Of a DNA stretch of 64,000 nucleotides, positions 9,438 through 17,176 are shown piece after piece. The stretch lies in contig CBDAQI010000011.1 of assembly GCA_965198945.1 (NCBI GenBank), forward strand, positions 45,364 to 109,363. The letters run 5' to 3'. The notes under the pieces are model-generated. The model worked only from the letters and a program-made list of their open reading frames with translations, did no database searches and was not told the origin of the DNA. Every line of letters starts with the position of its first letter. Position 1 is the first letter of the stretch. A program made the position numbers and the translations under genes. Origin of the DNA: Thermodesulfobacteriota bacterium (GTDB lineage: Bacteria; Desulfobacterota_D; UBA1144; Nemesobacterales; Mycalebacteriaceae).

Positions 9438-10210
9438 TTATAAGTTTTATTGACAGACTAAATCTTTTCTTCAAAATTCTCTTCATAGAAGCCGCCATTT
9501 TTTTCCTTATCGGCGCAGTTTTCTACAGCCAGTTCAGTAGCGCCAAATCCGATGTTATAAGCAAGACCGTTGCGGCTTCGGAGTTAATTGGCGATGAGGC
9601 GGCGGAGTTTGCCGTCCACCACCCGAACCCGACAAGTGAAGAATTCTACAATTTTCTCAGAAACAAGCACGGGGCCGCCGGAGTTTTCAAAACATTCAAT
9701 GTTGTTCCCTCTTCATTCGGGGTCGTATTCACAAAAGAAGCCTGGGAGGCAAGGCAGGCAAGAAGCATGTATTCCGACAGAGGCTACGGCGTCAGTGACA
9801 AGGGCGGGTTTTTCTCCGTTTCCGTTCCGTTTCTGGTGGGTGTGGATGGGAACCCATACGGAGTTGTTACGATCAACTCGTCAAAAACACTTATTATGAA
9901 ACAGGTCTTGAAAGACCACCTTCTTTTGTATCTGGCGCTTTTTGTTGTTTTGAACAACCAGGTCTTTATTTTGCATTACTTCGCCACAAGGAAACAGAAA
10001 AACATAATAGACAAGCACTATGCCAGGCCATACCTTAAGGTGCATTCCATCGGAGCGCTGAAGGTTATGCGTAAAATACTTGAGGAGATCATTGAAGATC
10101 ACCCCGGAGAACCGGCAAAGAAAGAGACGGCACATTCTCCGGAAGACGAAAAAAAAGCCGGATCAAAAAAAATAATTCCCCTTTCCCAATTCCTTTCGAG
10201 AAAAAACTGA
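9428..10210 (+). CDS. Hypothetical 2-TM membrane protein with extracytoplasmic sensor-like domain
   Basis: Two hydrophobic helices around a roughly 130 aa loop; overlaps the XRE stop codon; no kinase motifs in the tail. Confidence 0.7.
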   Translation: MRLIISFIDRLNLFFKILFIEAAIFFLIGAVFYSQFSSAKSDVISKTVAASELIGDEAAEFAVHHPNPTSEEFYNFLRNKHGAAGVFKTFNVVPSSFGVVFTKEAWEARQARSMYSDRGYGVSDKGGFFSVSVPFLVGVDGNPYGVVTINSSKTLIMKQVLKDHLLLYLALFVVLNNQVFILHYFATRKQKNIIDKHYARPYLKVHSIGALKVMRKILEEIIEDHPGEPAKKETAHSPEDEKKAGSKKIIPLSQFLSRKN

Positions 10211-10214
10211 ACAA

Positions 10215-11279
10215 ATGAATCTCTCCCGATTCATGGGAGTTGAGGGCCGTATCAGCGGATTGTTAAAGCCCGCCGCACCCGCGGTTGGAGTTGATATAGG
10301 CTCGCATTCAATCAAGATTGTTGTTTTGAAAAAAGCCTCCGGAGCCGAGGCGGATTTCTCCGCGACCGCCGGAGAGTTTTTTCTTGATTCCGGTCTGCCT
10401 GATTCTGTTGCTTCCGGTCTGTTGTTTTTGCGGGATGATTTCGGACTGAGTGGCAGAAAAGCGGCCGTTGCGGTTTCCGGCGGTTCGGTTTTTACAACCC
10501 CTTTGAAAGTTCCCGCCTCATGCGCGGGCTGTCCAAAAATGACGGAAGAGGCGGTTTGCTCTCATTTAAGCAAATTCTTCCCCGGTGGCATGGAAGCCTA
10601 CGGCTGCGGTTTTTATCAGTATCCGGAAAGTCCGGAAGATATTGTCGCTGCGGTTGTGAAAAAAGAAGCCGTTTCCGAACGTGCGACCGCTCTTTCAGAA
10701 TCGGGTATTATTCCCGCCGTTATTGACTATGAAGGATTTGCCGTTATTAACGCATACAACCACTCTTTTGAACGGGGTCCGGTCTGCGGCGATTCGGACG
10801 GTCTGACGGTTTTGCTCAATATCGGGCATTCGTTAATCAATTTCTCAGTTCTTGAAGACTCAAAAACCGTTTTTACAAGAGACATTTTCTACGGTTCCGG
10901 CAAACTGACTTCCGAAATTGCTCTTCTGTGCAATATGAAAGCGGATGAAGCGGAATCCGCAAAAACCTCTCTTTGCGAAACTGACGACACGGGACTTCTG
11001 GATGCCGCACGGAATTTCTCTCTAGAGGCGGCTCGGGAAGTGAGGTGCAATCTTGAGATGTTTGCCGATTTGGAAAATAAAAAAGTTGCAAAAGTGGTTC
11101 TTTCGGGCGGAGGCTCGCTTCTTCACGGTTTAAGTGACACTTTTTCCGAAATTCTCGGAGCGGATGTTGAATATGCGGATCCTCTAAAAGGTTTTTCCGC
11201 CGGGGATGAAGGCTATTTAAGCGGATTGTCACCGAAAACCGCCGTTGCGTTTGGTCTCGCGCTCAGAATGACGGATTGA
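10215..11279 (+). CDS. pilM: Type IV pilus assembly protein PilM
   Basis: VGVDIGSHSIKIV, LLNIGH, VVLSGGGS, AVAFGLALR actin-like motifs. Confidence 0.9.
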   Translation: MNLSRFMGVEGRISGLLKPAAPAVGVDIGSHSIKIVVLKKASGAEADFSATAGEFFLDSGLPDSVASGLLFLRDDFGLSGRKAAVAVSGGSVFTTPLKVPASCAGCPKMTEEAVCSHLSKFFPGGMEAYGCGFYQYPESPEDIVAAVVKKEAVSERATALSESGIIPAVIDYEGFAVINAYNHSFERGPVCGDSDGLTVLLNIGHSLINFSVLEDSKTVFTRDIFYGSGKLTSEIALLCNMKADEAESAKTSLCETDDTGLLDAARNFSLEAAREVRCNLEMFADLENKKVAKVVLSGGGSLLHGLSDTFSEILGADVEYADPLKGFSAGDEGYLSGLSPKTAVAFGLALRMTD

Positions 11280-11286
11280 GTGTGAA

Positions 11287-11697
11287 GTGATAAAAATTAA
11301 CTTTAATAAAAGAAAGATACGCAAAAGACGCCGGATGGCCTTTGCCATTGGTTGCGTCGCGCTTGCGGCCACTCCCTTTGCATATTTGAAAAGAGTGGAA
11401 ATTACGGGAGCCGTGCCCGCGCTCGGAAATCAAAAAAGTGTTGTCCGCAGCCGGACCTCTTCTCCGGAAAAATCCTCCGTGTCATACAAAAGAAAAACCC
11501 CCGCGGGAAAAAATTTCAGAGTGGCGGGTTTTGTCAGGTTCGGCGACAGAGACTTTGCAATGCTCATTTCCAAAGGCCGTACCCTATGGGTGGAGGAGGG
11601 GCATAGCGCGTTCGGATTCAAGATAGCAAAAATAGAGGAGGAGGGGGTTTTCACTGAAAGTGGTCCGGAGACGGATAAAAAGATTTTTTCCCGTTGA
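11287..11697 (+). CDS. Short bitopic pilus alignment protein with PilN-like N-terminus and PilP/GspC-like C-terminus
   Basis: MIKINF start (PilN INLLP-like), one TM, C-terminal FRVAGFV..FAML..LWVEEG..FKIAKIEEEGV; lies between pilM and pilQ. Confidence 0.6.
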   Translation: MIKINFNKRKIRKRRRMAFAIGCVALAATPFAYLKRVEITGAVPALGNQKSVVRSRTSSPEKSSVSYKRKTPAGKNFRVAGFVRFGDRDFAMLISKGRTLWVEEGHSAFGFKIAKIEEEGVFTESGPETDKKIFSR

Positions 11698-11701
11698 AAA
11701 A

Positions 11702-13094
11702 ATGAGAAGAATAAAAGTTTTATTTCCGTTTTTTTTGTTTCTTCTGCACGGTTTTTATGTTTTCCGGGCCAGCGCCTGCCAAAGACGGTCCCGTTTATGA
11801 AAAAGGGGCTCCCTGGGCTTTTGACTTCCGTAATTTATCTTTCGGCCCGGACGAGCCCGTCTACAGAGGCGAGAAGGGAACCTTCATATACAGGGGGGCA
11901 AATGTCCGCGAGGTCATAAGACAGATAGCAAAAATCGGCGGTTTCAACATTATCATCACCGGGGATGTGAGCGGAACGGTTGACATGAAACTCAGAGACG
12001 TTCCCTGGGATCAGGCGCTCTCCGTTGTGCTTGCCGAGAGCGGGCTCGGCGCTTTTGTGGAAGGCAGTATAGTTAAAATTTCATCCCTTGAGAGCATAGG
12101 AAAAAGGCGCAGGGAAAAATCGGACACGGCTTCGCTTGTTGAGAAAACCGAGAAGCTTGTTTCCAGGCAGTTTTTCGTAAACTACGCTGCGGCGCGCGAC
12201 ATGGCGGCCGGAGTCAAACCTCTTCTGACAAAGAGGGGTAGGTTTGCCGTTGATGAAAGAACAAACAGCCTGACAATTCTTGAGACGCCGCTCAATATGG
12301 CGAGAATCTCCGAAATCATAGAATCGCTTGACAAACCCACTCCGAAAATACTTATTGAGTCAAGAATAGTTCAGGCGGGCACTGATTTTTCGCGTGAACT
12401 CGGAATTCAGTGGGGAGTTCATTACACAAGCAAAAAAACCGGGGCGCGTTTCCCTTCAAACATACAGATTGGAGGGACAAGAATAACAACCCCCTTCGGC
12501 AGCGTCGGCGACGGTTTTATAGTTGATATGCCGGCTTCGGCGGGTTTCGGAAGCGGCGGAACCCTTGGGGTTGTTCTCGGAAATCTTGCCGGAACTTTTG
12601 ACCTTGATGTGCGGCTTTCCGCGCTTGAAGACAAGGGAAAGGTGAAAATACTTTCCTCGCCCAAGATCATAACGGTTGACAACTCGGTTGCGAGAATAGA
12701 ACAGGGAATCTCAATTCCTTTTTCAACCGTGTCGGAGCAGGGCACGCAAACGGAATTTGCGGATGCGACTTTGAACCTTGAGGTCAGACCCAAAATCACA
12801 AACGACGGCAATATATTCATGTATATTTATATTACTGACAACTCACCGGACGCCACTTTTTCGGTCGGCTCCCGGCCTTCAATCAGAAGAAACGAAGCGA
12901 AAACCAGGGTTCTCGCGGAAGACGGAGAGACTATAGTCCTTGGCGGAATAGTTACCACAACGGCAAGCAAAATCAGCACTAGAGTGCCTTTTCTTTCTTC
13001 AATTCCGCTTCTCGGCGCCGCTTTCAGGAGCTCAAAAAGGCAAACCGTGGAAAGAGAGCTTATTCTTTTTATAACGCCGCGGATAATTCTTTAG
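11702..13094 (+). CDS. pilQ: Type IV pilus secretin PilQ (+1 frameshift in signal peptide at T8, 11729-11736)
   Basis: LRDVPWDQAL, DERTNSL, ILIESRIV, RELGIQWG, ILSSPKI, GETIVLGG, VPFLSSIPLLG..ELILFITPRI; ATG 11702 with T7 restores MRRIKVLFPFFCFFCTVFMFSGPAPA-K signal peptide. Confidence 0.92.
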
Positions 13095-13102
13095 AGAAAA
13101 TT

Positions 13103-13300
13103 TTATGAGTCCGGACGGTCTTCCGAAGACGGCAGAAAACCCGTAATCAAAGCCACGGCGGCCGCCAGCCCGCCGACTCCGCCGATAATTTTGAAATACA
13201 GCTCCCAGTTTATGTGTGTGTTCAATGATATGCCGTATCCAACTACGAAAAAAATAAAGGCGACTACGGCTATGCTTCCGGGGATATTTCTTCTTAGCAT
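13103..13300 (-). CDS. Small hypothetical 2-TM membrane protein
   Basis: GGAGGT RBS upstream of ATG 13300; two hydrophobic helices; 65 aa. Confidence 0.65.
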   Translation of the reverse strand: MLRRNIPGSIAVVAFIFFVVGYGISLNTHINWELYFKIIGGVGGLAAAVALITGFLPSSEDRPDS

Positions 13301-13624
13301 TGTTTTTGAGACCTCCGAGCTGTTGTCCCGCAATTTATACAAACTGATTTTTATTTCAAGGGATTCCCAATACGCTTATTCCGTGTAGAATAAAAGACGA
13401 ATGCAAATTTTCTCAGATCCGTTCGGCATCTCAATTTTTCCAAGTCGTTCCTTAAGCAGCTTTCCGGTTTTTATCGCCCGTCTTTTTCTTCTTGAGGCCA
13501 TAGGGGTTTGTGCGCAGGGCGGGCGGGTTTCGGGGATTGCCGGCGGAGACGCCAAAATCTCCGCTCCCGGAAGTCTTTTGTCCGGGAGAAAGGGGTATCC
13601 CGGAATTTCCCCGCGGCGGATAAT

Positions 13625-15370
13625 ATGGCGGTGAAACGCACAAGACACCGTCCGGCGCCGGTCTCCGTGCGTGCGCCGAAAAAATCTCCCGGAAAAAAGC
13701 CTGCGGAACTCCCGGAACTTTTTCTCGCAAAAGCAGTAGCTTCGCCCGAAGGCATGGTTCTGGTTCCCAGAAGCCGTGATTTTTCATCTGTTGTCGTTGA
13801 AAAATCATCACAGAAACTCAGAAACGGTTTTCTTATTCTGGTCAGAAATGTCGGCAAACGGAAACAATACGGTAAAGAGCTTGTTCCCGTTGTGAAAGTG
13901 GAAAAAATCATAGGCAGAGCGGGGGAGTTTGAAGCCGAAAAAAAAGCCGTTGAATACAAGTATTCACTTCCCGGAGATTTTCCGGCCGCCGTTTTGAATA
14001 ATGCTGAAGAGGTTTGCCGGGTGCGTCCTTCGCAGGCGGCGTCCGGCAGGGTTGATTTAAGAAAAAAGACCATATTCACAATAGACGGTGATGACGCCAA
14101 AGACTATGACGACGCCGTCGGCATAAGAAAAAACGGTTCGGGGTTCACTTTGTGGGTTTGTATCGCCGATGTTTCACACTATGTCAAAAAAGGCGATCCT
14201 CTTGACAAAGAAGCGCTTCGGCGCGGCACAAGCGTTTATCTTGAGAATCGCGTCATACCGATGCTTCCCGAGACACTTTCAAACGATCTTTGCAGTCTTG
14301 TGCCCAATAAAGACCGTCTGACAAAAACCGTTGAGATGGAATTTTCCCGCAACGGCGTTCTTGGAGATTTTCACATTTATAACAGTGTAATAAAAAGTTC
14401 CGCGCGCCTCACCTATTCGCGTGTTACGGAATTTCTTAATCGGGGCAAGGCCGGAGACCTCCCGCCTGATATCAGAAACAGTCTCAAGATGATGAAAGAC
14501 CTTTACATCAAAATGAAAAAACTCAGCCTTGAAAACGGAGAGCTTGATTTTGAACTGCCGGAGCCGGAAATAATCAGAGGCGCGGACGGCAGTGTGAGTG
14601 AGGTGCGCAATGCGGAGAGGGGCGTTGCCAACATGATTATTGAGCAGTTTATGATAGCCGCCAACAGAGCGGTCGGCTCGCGTCTTTTTGAGAGCGACGG
14701 ATGCGGGGTTTACAGAATCCATGAACCTCCGACGGAGACTTCCGTTTCCGAACTTTTTTCAGAACTCCGCAGGCTCGGATACAAGGCTCATTTGCCCGAA
14801 AACGGCGAGGTCGGCAAATCAATTCAAAAACTGCTTTACGATTTCAGAGGCAGAAAACAGGAAAGCGCGGTCAAGATGCTGACGCTGAAATCCCTGCAGA
14901 GGGCGGTTTATTCAACGCGCGAAATCGGCCATTTCGGACTTGGTATTGAGAGATATTCGCATTTTACTTCTCCCATCAGAAGGTATCCGGATCTTATTGC
15001 TCACAGGATGGTTGAATGTCTGGTAAACTGCGGGAAAACCGGTTTTTCACGCGATGCTCTTGAGGGTATATGTGAAAAGACTTCGGTTCTTGAGAGAAAC
15101 GCGGAGAGGGCGGAGAGGGAGATAGTCGGGCTTGAGACCGCAAACTTTATGAAAACTCTCAAGGGCAGGGTTTTCACGGGAAAAGTTATCAGCATTCTGC
15201 CTTTCGGGATGTTTCTTGAGTTGGGTGAAATTTGCGCCGAGGGTTTTGTTCCGCGTGAGATGATGAAAAGGGGCGGTCGGAGAAAATGGTTCAATTTGGG
15301 TGATGAGGTGAATTTAAGGGTTGTGGGCGCTGATTTGGAAAAGAGAAGAACTATTATGGAGCCCGTATAA
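13625..15370 (+). CDS. rnr: Ribonuclease R (compact form)
   Basis: RVDLR..FTIDGDDAKDYDDA, IADVSHYV, YSHFTSPIRRYPDL, C-terminal S1 domain; start uncertain. Confidence 0.9.
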   Translation: MAVKRTRHRPAPVSVRAPKKSPGKKPAELPELFLAKAVASPEGMVLVPRSRDFSSVVVEKSSQKLRNGFLILVRNVGKRKQYGKELVPVVKVEKIIGRAGEFEAEKKAVEYKYSLPGDFPAAVLNNAEEVCRVRPSQAASGRVDLRKKTIFTIDGDDAKDYDDAVGIRKNGSGFTLWVCIADVSHYVKKGDPLDKEALRRGTSVYLENRVIPMLPETLSNDLCSLVPNKDRLTKTVEMEFSRNGVLGDFHIYNSVIKSSARLTYSRVTEFLNRGKAGDLPPDIRNSLKMMKDLYIKMKKLSLENGELDFELPEPEIIRGADGSVSEVRNAERGVANMIIEQFMIAANRAVGSRLFESDGCGVYRIHEPPTETSVSELFSELRRLGYKAHLPENGEVGKSIQKLLYDFRGRKQESAVKMLTLKSLQRAVYSTREIGHFGLGIERYSHFTSPIRRYPDLIAHRMVECLVNCGKTGFSRDALEGICEKTSVLERNAERAEREIVGLETANFMKTLKGRVFTGKVISILPFGMFLELGEICAEGFVPREMMKRGGRRKWFNLGDEVNLRVVGADLEKRRTIMEPV

Positions 15371-15377
15371 AGTCCGG

Positions 15378-15464
15378 CGGAGGGAAGGGGATTCGAACCC
15401 CTGAGAGCCCTGAGGCCCCACTGGTTTTCGAGACCAGCGCCTTCGTCCGCTCGGCCATCCCTCC
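15378..15464 (-). tRNA. tRNA-Ser (CGA)
   Basis: Reverse complement GGAGGGATGGCCGAGCGGACGAAGGCGCTGGTCT-CGA-AAACCAG, long variable arm, GGTTCGAATCC. Confidence 0.96.
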
Positions 15465-15590
15465 GGGGGTTAAGTTACACACGGCGGGCACTGCGGGCAA
15501 ATTGCCGTTAGTCTAAATGCCGGATTCCACCCCGTTTTGATATGAGACAGTTTTTTACATGGGGCACGTTTTTGCGTAAATGATTTTCTT

Positions 15591-15694
15591 TGTCATTCCC
15601 AAACTATTTGCCCGTCACTCCCGCAGAATCGGGAGTCCAGTAATTTAGCTGTATTTCAGCCGGAGTTTATACCCCGAAGGGTAAGGGAATGACA
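15591..15694. repeat. REP-like palindromic element (GTCATTCCC...GGGAATGAC family)
   Basis: tgtcattccc...gggaatgaca terminal inverted repeat enclosing cgtcactcccgcagaatcgggagtccag. Confidence 0.75.
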
Positions 15695-15731
15695 ACAGGT
15701 GATGACTCAAAGCCATATTGCATAATGGTTT

Positions 15732-16295
15732 TTAGCCGGATAACTCACGATAGCGAAAGCAATCAACCGTATGGTCATTGACCATACCCACCGCTTGCAT
15801 AAAAGCGTAACAAATTGTTGAACCCACAAAGGTAAAACCGCGTTTCTTTAAATCTTTAGACATTTTATCGGATACCTCGGTATTGGCCGGTATTTCTGAT
15901 AATGACCGCCATGCATTCTGGATCACTTTGCCGTCGGTAAACTGCCAGATGTAATTATTAAATGTGCCAAATTCCTCCCGCACCTTAATAAAAGCCTTTG
16001 CGTTTGTTACCGTGCCGTTTACTTTGAGTTTATTTCTAATAATACCGGGATTATTCATCAATGACTTTATCCTGGTTGCTTTATAGTTTGCGACTTTATT
16101 AAAATCAAACCGGTCAAACACCTCGCGGTAAACCGGGCGCTTGCGTAATACCGTGATCCAGCTCAAACCGGCCTGGGCAGCTTCCAGAACCAGAAATTCA
16201 AATAATTTCCGATCGGTATGGACCGGGACACCCCACTCCCTGTCGTGATACTTAATATTGAGTGTGTCATCCCCACACCATTCACACCTAATCAT
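15732..16295 (-). CDS. tag: DNA-3-methyladenine glycosylase I
   Basis: RCEWC..YHDREWGVP, LFEFLVLEAAQAGLSW, IIRNKLK, GFTFVGSTICYAFMQAVGMVNDH..C. Confidence 0.96.
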   Translation of the reverse strand: MIRCEWCGDDTLNIKYHDREWGVPVHTDRKLFEFLVLEAAQAGLSWITVLRKRPVYREVFDRFDFNKVANYKATRIKSLMNNPGIIRNKLKVNGTVTNAKAFIKVREEFGTFNNYIWQFTDGKVIQNAWRSLSEIPANTEVSDKMSKDLKKRGFTFVGSTICYAFMQAVGMVNDHTVDCFRYRELSG

Positions 16296-16472
16296 GGCAA
16301 GCTTCCTTCATTGTTATTCAAATCAAAAAATTATTGATGATACTTTAACATTATTTTGTACCTGTTTATGTGGCTGATAGATTTTGTCGTTTGGGTGGGT
16401 GGTGATAAAGGATTTGAAGGAGAGGGTTTTGGGTTTTCAGGGGGAAAAGGCGAAGATGGTTCAGCTTTCCTC

Positions 16473-17135
16473 CGTCATTCCCGCCCCGTTTTCACGGGGA
16501 CAAGTTTGCGCGGTAATCCAGAATAACACTGAGAATACCTTCAAGTCTTCTGATTTGATTTTTATTTTTATATGTGCAATTTTCCGCGAGGGGGGTGCCG
16601 GGTGTAATTTTTGCGATTATGAATACTGGATTCCCGTTTCTTTTCCGTCATTTCCGTTTTTTCTTTCGTCATTCCCGTGCAAGCGGGAATCTAGCATAAC
16701 GCTGAGAATGCCTTCAAGTCTTCTGATTTGATTTTATTTTTATATGTGCAATTTTCCGCGAGGGGTGCGGTGTGCAATTTTTGTGATTATGAATACTGGA
16801 TTCCCGTTTCCACGGGAATGACGACGGGGGTGTTTTTCTCGTCATTTCCGCGAACGCATGTCCCCATCCCCGTTTTCACAGGGACATGCGTTCATGAGGA
16901 CAATCTTCCACGGGAATGACGAAGGAGGTGTTTTTCTGTCATTCCTGCTTTTTCCCCATCATTTCCCGAAAGCGGGAATCCGGCATAACAATATGAATGC
17001 ATTTAACTTTTCGGATTTTCATTCTTGCTTCTGCGGTTACAATCTTTTCCATGAATAATACTATTGCTGATTCCTTTGCTTCCGGTATTGAAAGAACCGC
17101 TCGTGAAATTCCGGATTCCCGTTTCCCGGGGTGGC
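16473..17135. repeat. Array of REP-like palindrome doublets with spacers, including a tandem duplication of about 125 bp
   Basis: Repeated cgtcattcccg(n)gcgggaatc(c/t)ag and ctggattcccgtttccacgggaatgacg; 16515-16640 nearly identical to 16688-16810. Confidence 0.88.
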
Positions 17136-17176
17136 AAAACTCCGCCGGAATATAGTGGTAAACACACTGTCGCCAA

